From an uncultured Cytophagia bacterium (GTDB taxonomy: Bacteria; Zhuqueibacterota; Zhuqueibacteria; Residuimicrobiales; Krinioviventaceae): a DNA stretch of 64,000 nt. This document shows, in pieces, positions 55,655 to 64,000 of the stretch. How positions within the stretch are numbered: the first letter of the stretch is position 1; every line of letters begins with the position of its first letter. A model generated the notes under the pieces. It ran no database searches. It was not told where the DNA came from and saw only the letters and a list, made by a program, of their open reading frames with translations. Where the stretch lies: NCBI GenBank assembly GCA_964399735.1, contig CAYNSO010000001.1, positions 85,559 to 149,558 on the forward strand, written 5' to 3'. The position numbers and the translations under genes are program-made.

Positions 55655-58600
55655 TGGCTTTGACGCGTTGCATGTCCTGCTCAATTTCCTTAATACGTTC
55701 ACCGGCAGCCCGACCAATATTATCCGTTGCGCCCCGTTCTCGCAATACCTGGCTTAATAGTTCAATCGCTTTGGAAAAATTACCCAGCTTGCGATATGCG
55801 AGGCCCGCTTCATACAGAGCGGTCACTCCCCAGGGTAGTTTTGTCGGTTTATAGAGGTATTTAACTTTGAGAAATTCAACAATAGCTTGTTCCGTATCGC
55901 CCTTGTCGGCATACGATTTGGCAATCCAGTACTGAACTTCGGGGTCTTCTTCGGCATTTACCAGCGGTTTGAGTTGTTTCAATTCGCTGATAGCGCGTTC
56001 ATAATCCTTTAGATCATATAAAAAAATACCAATTTGAATTTTTTTTGTCAATATATCGGGGGAATCAGGGTAAAGGTTGATATAGTCACGAATTGTGGCA
56101 ATGGCTTTATCTTTAAGACGGAATTCATCATAACATTTTATCAAAAAATCCATAGCCTGGGCATGTAAAAGACCGGGTTTTTGAATTTTGATGACATTCT
56201 CACAGGCGGATATGCACTGAGCAAGCAGTCGGTTTTCATAATAAAAGGTCGCCAGGTACAGATAACCGGTAGCAATCACATCCGGGTCTTTGTATTTTTC
56301 AGGAATCTGGGTTAATATTTTTAATGCGTCGTCCGGTTTTCCGGTGATAATGTACATTCGCCCCAACCCTAAATCTCCTTGTGCGCCTTCGGGCATATCG
56401 CTAAATTTTTTAGCCAGATTTTTAAATAATTTTTCTGCCGGCTCAAATTCTTTTTGCCGAACAAAATACTCGCCTTCTTCATACAGGAATTGTGCTTCGT
56501 TTGCTTTACCGGGGTATTTTTTTAGAAAATCATTGGCCAGGCTTTTGGCGCGGTTGACGTTGTCAAGTTTAAAATCGCAAACAATTTCTCGCGCACTGGC
56601 GTGGACAGCCAGATCGCCGGTTAAGTGATTTTTAATCAAGTTATATTGACTGCGCGCTTCCACCCACATACCCCGGTCATAAAACATATCTGCTTTTCTA
56701 ACTTGAGCAAGTTGCGCCAGGCTGTCCTGCGGAAAGGAATGGATTATTTCATCATAATGACCAATAGCAACCTCGCGGTTGTTCATGGCTGCTGCCTGGT
56801 CACCCAAAGCAAGTAACGCTGTGCCACGATATTTACCAGTTTTGGTATTGTATAGATAATTACGAAAAGCCGACATGGTTTGTAATGGATTTGCCGGATC
56901 AATATTTAATTGGGTATACATCCACAACACTTGCTCATCAATCAACGGATCAGCATAAAACGGTTGCAATTCTTCCGGTATTGCCGGCATTTCGCGGTTT
57001 ATGATTGCCCGGGCTTTATCTAGTTCACCCTTTTCCATTAGCAAGCCAATTAATCGCGATTTTGCAGCATAACTATGCCGTGAATAGAAATAATGATCAA
57101 CAATATCCTGCAACAGCAGCATGGTCAGTTCAGGCTGACTGCGTTCAACATAAATATCGGCAAGTAATAATTTGGAATCCAAACAAGTTGTATTGTTATT
57201 CAAGACAATTGATTTTTGCAGCAAGACAATCGCGCTGTCGGTTTCACCTAGTCTATGCAAAACGTGCGCATAATAAAACAGCACACCGGCATATATATCC
57301 GGGGACAATTTTTTACTGATTACATCACTGCAAATAATATTCGCTTTTTGCAGTTTTAGCCAATCAACAGAGTTATCGCCGGCCAGAATGATTTGTTTTA
57401 CCAACTGCATGCTGAGGTCATATTTCAGGCTGTCGCAGCGGGCATCGTCAGACATATCAGCCAAAGTCGATTCAAGAAGCGGAATTTTGGTGGTTGGCGA
57501 ATCCAGAGTTAAAAGTGTTGCTTTAACAAACCGATACATTGCAATGCCGCTCCAATAATTCCCCGGATATTGGCTGCGTAACGTTTGAATAACCTGCTGC
57601 AACAAACTCTGTTGTTCTGCAGCTTTGACCGGCTGGTTTTCAATGATATACTTTTCCATCAGCGCACTATGACAAAATGCTTGATAGTATACAAGTTCAG
57701 CCCGTTCCGCGCTTTCTGTTGGTATAACGGCAAGCGCCTGTTGCAGCAATTCCAGAGCGCGGGGATAATCATGGAAAACATGAACAGTGGTTTTGGCTAA
57801 TTGAATGGTTCTTTGTGTTTCAGTTAGTGATACCGGCGTTACAGCGAACATGGTAGCGAATGATTGCTGAAGTTGTGATAAGGAAGCCGGTGCAAATTTT
57901 TGAAGAATATCAAGACGAGTTTGCACATTTTCAAATTCATCAGAGCCGGGAAATAATGATAAAAAGCGGCGATATTCCGATACAGCAGCAGCAAGATTAT
58001 TTTCCGATTCATAACTGCGGGCAATTGCCAATTGCGCGTCATCCAGAAAACGGCTCCAGGGGTTTATTGCAGTAATTGCAGCATAACTACTGCGCGCTCC
58101 CCCCCGATCCTGTAATTTGAAATTTAAAAGATTACCCAATTCAAAAACAAGTTCGTCACGAAAAGAGTTGAAATTATCATCTAGAATTTTATCCTGCAAT
58201 AAACGGCTGGCTTGCAGAACATGGCCGGCATTAGCAAGTAAAGCCGCAAGATTAAGCAGGCTTTTTTCCCGAACTGCTATGTTGGTACAGAGGCTATCCT
58301 CAACAATTGTCCGGAAATGAACGATTGCATCATTATTGCGGTTTAATTTATGTTTAACAACACCCAGACGAAAATCCAAACCATATTGAAATTTGTTTTC
58401 CAGCTCTGGTTTTGAAATTTTTTCATAATTTTGCCGGGCTTGTTCCAGATCCCCACTCAAATAGTAATTATCACCCAGAATCAACTGTAAACGAGCCGTG
58501 GTAGCTGCCGGGAGTTTTTTAGTCAGCTGACTCTGCACGATTTCTAAAGATTGCCGGTAATTGCCCTGATGTTGCAGAGAGATTGCAAGACGAACAGCTG

Positions 58601-59357
58601 CTTCTCCAACATAATCGCTGGTTTTTCCGCTTTTTACAATATCGGTTAACAGACTATCGGACTGGCTGTAGCGGCCGGAATTGGCATATAATTCCGCTTT
58701 TAACAAGCTGGCGCGGAAAGCCAGATCGTCTTCAAGACGGGAACCGGATACTTTATTAAGGGCATTGAATGCCAGTTGAAAAGACCCCTGTTTGCCATAA
58801 ATTTCCGCAGCCAGTAAATAAGCCTCAAAACGCAGTGGATGAGTAGGATAATTTTCCAGTACGAAATTGACCGCATCAATGGCGTTGATCATTTTATCGC
58901 ATGCCAGATACGCCCGGCCGGCTTGTAACTGGGCTTCGGGGATTAGTGCGCTTTTTGAGGCAAACAGACTTAATCTTTCCAGAGTGAGCGCGGCATTCAA
59001 CGGTTCACCCAGTTTGAACAATAAATTGCCACGCTTTAATAACGCCTGGTCTGTCAATGCAGATTGCGGGTATTGCATCAACAGCTGCAAATATATATTG
59101 GCTGCTGCAGATAAACTATCAATTTTTTCCAAATTTTGGCCGGCATTAAAATATGCCTGGGGTGAATTGATACTGCCGGGATAATTCTCGGTAAATTTTA
59201 AAAATTGTTGTGCAGCAAGATCATTCATGCCTTTATCCTGCAGCTGCATCGCAAAATGAAAATCTTCATCTTCCTGAAGGCTGCCTTGTTGTGCCGAAAG
59301 CTTGGTAAGCAACAGCAAAAATAGAATAAAAATCAAAAGATACTGAACTTTTTTCAC
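55647..59357 (-). CDS. Large secreted TPR-repeat protein (1236 aa)
   Basis: Signal peptide MKKVQYLLIFILFLLLLTKLSAQ. TPR-like helical repeats run throughout. Confidence 0.8.
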   Translation of the reverse strand: MKKVQYLLIFILFLLLLTKLSAQQGSLQEDEDFHFAMQLQDKGMNDLAAQQFLKFTENYPGSINSPQAYFNAGQNLEKIDSLSAAANIYLQLLMQYPQSALTDQALLKRGNLLFKLGEPLNAALTLERLSLFASKSALIPEAQLQAGRAYLACDKMINAIDAVNFVLENYPTHPLRFEAYLLAAEIYGKQGSFQLAFNALNKVSGSRLEDDLAFRASLLKAELYANSGRYSQSDSLLTDIVKSGKTSDYVGEAAVRLAISLQHQGNYRQSLEIVQSQLTKKLPAATTARLQLILGDNYYLSGDLEQARQNYEKISKPELENKFQYGLDFRLGVVKHKLNRNNDAIVHFRTIVEDSLCTNIAVREKSLLNLAALLANAGHVLQASRLLQDKILDDNFNSFRDELVFELGNLLNFKLQDRGGARSSYAAITAINPWSRFLDDAQLAIARSYESENNLAAAVSEYRRFLSLFPGSDEFENVQTRLDILQKFAPASLSQLQQSFATMFAVTPVSLTETQRTIQLAKTTVHVFHDYPRALELLQQALAVIPTESAERAELVYYQAFCHSALMEKYIIENQPVKAAEQQSLLQQVIQTLRSQYPGNYWSGIAMYRFVKATLLTLDSPTTKIPLLESTLADMSDDARCDSLKYDLSMQLVKQIILAGDNSVDWLKLQKANIICSDVISKKLSPDIYAGVLFYYAHVLHRLGETDSAIVLLQKSIVLNNNTTCLDSKLLLADIYVERSQPELTMLLLQDIVDHYFYSRHSYAAKSRLIGLLMEKGELDKARAIINREMPAIPEELQPFYADPLIDEQVLWMYTQLNIDPANPLQTMSAFRNYLYNTKTGKYRGTALLALGDQAAAMNNREVAIGHYDEIIHSFPQDSLAQLAQVRKADMFYDRGMWVEARSQYNLIKNHLTGDLAVHASAREIVCDFKLDNVNRAKSLANDFLKKYPGKANEAQFLYEEGEYFVRQKEFEPAEKLFKNLAKKFSDMPEGAQGDLGLGRMYIITGKPDDALKILTQIPEKYKDPDVIATGYLYLATFYYENRLLAQCISACENVIKIQKPGLLHAQAMDFLIKCYDEFRLKDKAIATIRDYINLYPDSPDILTKKIQIGIFLYDLKDYERAISELKQLKPLVNAEEDPEVQYWIAKSYADKGDTEQAIVEFLKVKYLYKPTKLPWGVTALYEAGLAYRKLGNFSKAIELLSQVLRERGATDNIGRAAGERIKEIEQDMQRVKANG

Positions 59358-61555
59358 TATAAAATCTCCAATTTTGCATACGGATAAACCAAACGTTTTT
59401 CACCTTCCCTATCAAACAATATCATCAACTTGATTGTTCCATTGCCATGCTCAATTTTCAATATAGTCCCTTTTCCAAAGATATTGTGTTTTACCCGCAT
59501 TCCCACCTGGAATTCATGACTTTCCTGAGACTGATTTTCATAATCCGGCATGACGCTGTTTGAATTATAATTGAAATTTGTCTGTTTCGCGGACGGTATT
59601 TTGGCAGCACGACTGGCAACACTCTCAATAAAACGGAAATCCAGTTCTTTGATAAACCGAGATTTTACCTGGGCGGGATTTTCCGTATACTTGCGCCGAT
59701 TTTTAGCCCAGGTTAGATATAATTTATCTTTGGCCCGCGTGGCCCCCACATAAAACAGCCGCCGTTCTTCTTCAAGAGCAAGAGGATCATCCGTTGAACG
59801 GGATAAAGGAAACAACCCCTCTTCCAGGCCGGTTATAAATACCACTGGAAATTCCAGTCCTTTGGCGGCATGTAAAGTCATCAGGGTTACGGCATTTTTT
59901 CGGTCATCCCAGGTATCAATGTCGGTTATTAATGATACATGCTGTAAAAACTCTTCCAGGCGCGCTTCCGGACCATTATTATTGCTAAATTCTACAAGGG
60001 CAACCATCAACTCGCGAATATTTTCAGCACGGGTTTGTGATTCGACAGAATTATCTTCTTTATATAGCTTTAATATGCCGGTTTCTTCAAGTAATGAACT
60101 GGCAATTTCAGCAGGTGGCAGTTCGTTGCGTAAAGAGCTGTATTTGTTAATCAATTTATAAAAAGCAGCAATACTGGTCGATGCTTTGGCAGGAATTTCC
60201 GGGATGGAATCAACTATGCTCAGGGTGTTGTAAAGCAGCATATTATTTTCATCGGCAAACTTTTCCAGCTTGATGATTGTGGATTCGCCAATTCCCCGCA
60301 ATGGAAAATTTATAATACGCTTTAAACTGATGACATCGGCAGGATTCACAAGTATTTTTAAATAAGCCAGCACATCCTTAACTTCCTTGCGTTCATAAAA
60401 TTTAACGCCACCGACAATAATATAGGGAATTCCATCCAATCGCAGAGCGTCTTCAATAACACGAGACTGGGCGTTGGTACGGTAGAGGACGGCAAAATCG
60501 TAAAAACGCCGTTCCGCTTTGCGAAATTCATTGCTGATCTGGTTTACCACATAACGCGCTTCTTCCCGCTCATCCATAACGTTCATCAGGGTAACACTAT
60601 CCCCTTCCGGCCGTTCCGTCCATAATTTTTTGCTGTGTCTTTTTACATTGTTTTGAATGACGGAATGAGCAACCGATAAAATATTTTTTGTGGAACGATA
60701 ATTTTGTTCCAGGCGAAATTTATGGCATTTAGAGTAATCCTGTTCAAATTCCAGAATATTTCGCACATCTGCGCCCCGCCAGCGATAGATGGATTGGTCA
60801 TCATCGCCGACGACGCATATATTACCCCGCTTACCGGCCAGTAAATGCAATACACTATATTGCGCCCGGTTGGTATCCTGGTATTCATCTACAAGGATAT
60901 AGTGAAATTTGTTTTGATAATATTCTTTAACTTCAGGAAATTGTTGAAACAAAATGATTGGCTTGATCAGTAAATCGTCAAAATCCATTGCATTCATTTC
61001 CAGCATTCGTTTTTCATACCTGGCATAGACCTTGGCAGTAACTTCTTCAACAGGACTGTTGACATTTGCCGCATACTCGGCAGGGAAAATCATATCGTTT
61101 TTAGCAGCGCTAATTTTCTGATTGATCACCTTGGGAGCGATATTTTGCGCCGGTAAGGCAAGTTCTTCAAGGATCATTTTGACCAGAGTTACCTGGTCAT
61201 TCATATCATAAATTGAAAAATTGCTGTTGTATCCCAGCTTTTCACCTTCAAAACGTAAAAGGCGTGCGAATAGAGAATGAAATGTGCCTATCCACATGCC
61301 GGAAATCATATCCGGCACAAGTTTTTGCACGCGTTCGCGCATTTCAGAGGCAGCTTTGTTGGTAAAAGTCATGGCGAGTATCTGGTATGGGGCAGCTTTG
61401 CCACTGGCCAGAATATGGGCGATGCGAAAAGTCAAAACACGGGTTTTGCCGCTGCCCGCTCCGGCAAGAATAAGCACGGGGCCGTCAACCTGGTGTACGG
61501 CTTTTTGCTGCTCTTCATTTAAATCGGAATGTATCCAGTCCAGGTTATTTTTCAC
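59357..61555 (-). CDS. UvrD/PcrA-family ATP-dependent DNA helicase
   Basis: Walker A AGAGSGKT, motif II DEYQDT, motif VI (VGATRAK) and a C-terminal Tudor-like tail (FQVGMRVKHNIFGKGTI). Confidence 0.93.
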   Translation of the reverse strand: MKNNLDWIHSDLNEEQQKAVHQVDGPVLILAGAGSGKTRVLTFRIAHILASGKAAPYQILAMTFTNKAASEMRERVQKLVPDMISGMWIGTFHSLFARLLRFEGEKLGYNSNFSIYDMNDQVTLVKMILEELALPAQNIAPKVINQKISAAKNDMIFPAEYAANVNSPVEEVTAKVYARYEKRMLEMNAMDFDDLLIKPIILFQQFPEVKEYYQNKFHYILVDEYQDTNRAQYSVLHLLAGKRGNICVVGDDDQSIYRWRGADVRNILEFEQDYSKCHKFRLEQNYRSTKNILSVAHSVIQNNVKRHSKKLWTERPEGDSVTLMNVMDEREEARYVVNQISNEFRKAERRFYDFAVLYRTNAQSRVIEDALRLDGIPYIIVGGVKFYERKEVKDVLAYLKILVNPADVISLKRIINFPLRGIGESTIIKLEKFADENNMLLYNTLSIVDSIPEIPAKASTSIAAFYKLINKYSSLRNELPPAEIASSLLEETGILKLYKEDNSVESQTRAENIRELMVALVEFSNNNGPEARLEEFLQHVSLITDIDTWDDRKNAVTLMTLHAAKGLEFPVVFITGLEEGLFPLSRSTDDPLALEEERRLFYVGATRAKDKLYLTWAKNRRKYTENPAQVKSRFIKELDFRFIESVASRAAKIPSAKQTNFNYNSNSVMPDYENQSQESHEFQVGMRVKHNIFGKGTILKIEHGNGTIKLMILFDREGEKRLVYPYAKLEIL

Positions 61556-62601
61556 TATTGCGTTTGTCCTTTCTCGCGTTTATCACGGGCAACTTGACGG
61601 CGAATTTTATCAAACTGTTGCTTGGCATTGACATGTTGACGGAGCGTTTCGCTAAAAATATGGCCGCCTTTACCATCGGCAACAAAATAAAAGTAATTGG
61701 TGGGGGCAGGAAAAACCGCCGCACGGATGGCGTTAATGCCCGGATTGCCAATGGCGCCTGGTGGTAACCCGGCATATTTATAGGTATTGTAGGGTGATTC
61801 AATTTGCAAATCGCGTTTTAACAGGCGACGGGGGCTATCGGCCAATATGTACTGAATTGTCGGATCGGCTTGTAATAACATGCCGGCGCGTAAGCGGTTG
61901 TGGTAAACCGAGGATATGAACACCATTTCGCTATCGAGAATGGCTTCTCCCTCAATGATTGAGGCAAGTGTTACAATTTGATTGAGCGTAAAGTTATATT
62001 TACTACCGGCCGCAATAATCGAATCAGTTACATTCTGATAGAACTGGTGAATAAACTGGTCAATTACCTGCTCCGCAGAAAGACCAAAGGTGAAAAAATA
62101 GGTTTCAGGATAAAGATACCCTTCCAGAGAATGGGCATAAATATTAAATTTTTCAAAATAAGCGGGCTTGTTAACCAATTCGATAAATTTTGTAGAATCA
62201 ATGCTCAGTTTGTTTTGTAAAATTGAAGCAATCTTGTATGATGTAATTCCTTCGGGAATGGTAACTTTGATGAAATTTTGTTTACCCTCTGTTAAAATTT
62301 TCAACACCCGGTAATTGGAGGCATGAACTGGTATGGAAAATTTACCGGCTTTGACCCTGGTCGTTTTGCCGGTTAATCGGGCAGTCCAAAGCAGGTGTTT
62401 CGGATTTTGGATAACATTCTGATCAACGAGCAGCGCCGAAATTGTGGAAAAAGAATCACCCCGGTTTATTATAATATTCTTCTTTTCGGTATTGGCGGAC
62501 TGGAAAAATGGCCAATGAAATAAATATAAAAGAAAAAACCCGAAACAGGCAAAAACAAGCAACAACGGGACGAAAAAGTACTTGGTTAGTTTTGCTTTCA
62601 T
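61555..62601 (-). CDS. mltG: Endolytic murein transglycosylase MltG (YceG-like)
   Basis: N-terminal TM anchor. LASIIEGEA, YNTY...GLPPGAIGNPG motifs. Confidence 0.9.
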   Translation of the reverse strand: MKAKLTKYFFVPLLLVFACFGFFLLYLFHWPFFQSANTEKKNIIINRGDSFSTISALLVDQNVIQNPKHLLWTARLTGKTTRVKAGKFSIPVHASNYRVLKILTEGKQNFIKVTIPEGITSYKIASILQNKLSIDSTKFIELVNKPAYFEKFNIYAHSLEGYLYPETYFFTFGLSAEQVIDQFIHQFYQNVTDSIIAAGSKYNFTLNQIVTLASIIEGEAILDSEMVFISSVYHNRLRAGMLLQADPTIQYILADSPRRLLKRDLQIESPYNTYKYAGLPPGAIGNPGINAIRAAVFPAPTNYFYFVADGKGGHIFSETLRQHVNAKQQFDKIRRQVARDKREKGQTQ

Positions 62602-62604
62602 AAA

Positions 62605-63378
62605 CTATCGGTAATAAATAACAAGTAAATCATAAATTGCGTGTGTATATGCAACAACGCCAAAGCCGCGTATTTTATATAATATACATAATAAAATTGC
62701 CATAAAAAAACGGAAAAATGCGCTTAGAAAAGAAAATAACTCGCCATTCAGATAATGACACCAGGAAAAAATTATTGAGGAGAACACCGCCGCCAGCAGC
62801 CAGGCTTTTACTGGATGCATTTTTAATAATATCAAAGTATATGCCGAACCTGAAAATAGTAATACCCGGAAGATCAATTCTTCATAAAAGCCTGCTCCCA
62901 GCGACAACATAATCTCCAGGCTGCGGTCTCCGGCAGGCGTCATATTTAAAAATAACAGAGACGTTACGGTTGAGGTCAGGTAGCCGAATATCACAGCATA
63001 AAGCGCACCTTCCAGTATGATCATAAAAAGATAGTGGAACTGAAAGACAAGTGTTTTACGATCCTGCAGGTAAAAGATTAGAGTAGTTAAACAAACAATT
63101 ATCAAAGCAATGGCAAAAGTGCCATGTATGCCAAACTGGTTCAATAGTTCTTTGAATATGACTTCTGCAAAATTACGAATACTATAATCGCTGTAATTGC
63201 CAATAAATAAGGTCATAAACTCATAAGCAAGCAACAGCGGTATGGTGCTGAGTAAACCATAAAACGGGGTACGGCTGCTCATCAGGTAGCCGGATTTACT
63301 AAAAAACCTGTCAAGAAACAGAAATTTACTGATTGCGTTAAATATTCGGGTGATGGCCGATGTCCTTTTCCTGGGCAA
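62605..63378 (-). CDS. CPBP-family (CAAX) intramembrane metalloprotease
   Basis: Polytopic membrane protein with EELIFRVLLF (motif 1) and a downstream FSWCH / HAIYD histidine motif. The start codon is uncertain. Confidence 0.75.
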   Translation of the reverse strand: MPRKRTSAITRIFNAISKFLFLDRFFSKSGYLMSSRTPFYGLLSTIPLLLAYEFMTLFIGNYSDYSIRNFAEVIFKELLNQFGIHGTFAIALIIVCLTTLIFYLQDRKTLVFQFHYLFMIILEGALYAVIFGYLTSTVTSLLFLNMTPAGDRSLEIMLSLGAGFYEELIFRVLLFSGSAYTLILLKMHPVKAWLLAAVFSSIIFSWCHYLNGELFSFLSAFFRFFMAILLCILYKIRGFGVVAYTHAIYDLLVIYYR

Positions 63379-63401
63379 GTGTGTTCCTTTATAGCAAATG
63401 T

Positions 63402-64000
63402 TTAGCGGTTGCGTTTTTGCCGGGTGCGAAATTCATCTAGAGGCAGGGTGTTTATTATATCTTTGCACTCTGCCCATCCTCTGCGGGCAGTAGCTACGCC
63501 GAATTCCATCATCATCAGGTGACTGGCCTGATGTGAATCGGTATTGATGCAAATTTTAACGCCCTGGTCAAGTGCGCGTTTGACATGCAGGTCGGATAAA
63601 TCAAGACGATCCCACCAGGAATTTAATTCCAGTACAGTGCCGGTTTCTGCGGCTACGGCAATGACCCGGTCAATATCAAGAGCGAAACCCGCCCGCCGGG
63701 AGATCAACCTGCCGGTGGGATGGCCAATAACATCGACAAACGGATTTTGCATGGCAGCAATGGTGCGGCCAGTCGGGTCAGTCTCAAAAGCGCTGTGAAT
63801 GGAAGCAATGACAAAATCAAGTTGCTGGAGAATCTGATCAGAAAAATCAAGCGAACCATCCGGCAATATATCAGATTCTGTTCCGGCAAGAATTGTGAAA
63901 TCGTCAAAGCGTTCATTCAGTTTGCGTATTTCCTCGATCTGCTGCATCAAGCGTTTTTCATCCAATCCGTTGGCATAGAATGCACTGCGAGAATGATCAC
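63402..64000 (-). CDS. PHP phosphoesterase domain of a family-X DNA polymerase (PolX). This is the 3' part only, and the frame is open to the window end.
   Basis: PHP motifs: LAGTESDILPDG, ASIHS, IGHPTGR, ELN, INTDSH. No in-frame stop between 63965 and 64000. Confidence 0.75.
   Translation of the reverse strand, partial: DHSRSAFYANGLDEKRLMQQIEEIRKLNERFDDFTILAGTESDILPDGSLDFSDQILQQLDFVIASIHSAFETDPTGRTIAAMQNPFVDVIGHPTGRLISRRAGFALDIDRVIAVAAETGTVLELNSWWDRLDLSDLHVKRALDQGVKICINTDSHQASHLMMMEFGVATARRGWAECKDIINTLPLDEFRTRQKRNR

Overview
This is a 64-kb bacterial chromosomal window of moderate-to-low GC content. I call 50 protein genes and one tRNA, and about 80% of them lie on the minus strand. All calls come from reading motifs in the supplied translations and folding hairpins by hand. 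No database search was run.

Most of the window is housekeeping: add, leuS, tRNA-Pro, ispG, kbl-tdh, argH-argG, uvrC, nadC, uvrD/pcrA, mltG and a partial PolX. These sit among envelope genes: two GT2 glycosyltransferases, a parvulin PPIase, an SPFH/NfeD pair, a TonB-dependent receptor and TPR proteins. The CarboxypepD_reg-type TonB receptor and the many TPR and propeller proteins suggest an uncultivated member of the FCB group. That placement is inference only.

The stand-out feature is a 19.4-kb block of 14 tightly packed genes on the minus strand (47476 to 28085). It contains:
- five paralogous exported PQQ/BamB-like beta-propellers and one NHL six-bladed propeller
- a Tat-exported NapG-like tetra-cluster ferredoxin and a NapH-like membrane polyferredoxin
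- a 66-aa Tat-like protein with a Cys-rich tail
- a cytoplasmic fused NuoE-NuoF flavoprotein and a 2Fe2S-GltD-like flavoprotein (Bfu/Stn-like)
- a GT4 glycosyltransferase and a YbbAP/MacB-type ABC exporter

I could not recognise any terminal oxidoreductase in this block. I flag it as a candidate undescribed envelope redox system.

Secondary oddities:
- a stand-alone RapZ C-domain gene wedged between amgK-like and murU-like genes
- an orphan TM1266-family protein next to a TonB receptor
- a ClpX-like ATPase lacking the zinc ribbon
- two long gene-free AT-rich spacers

I saw no CRISPR array, transposase, integrase or phage genes.
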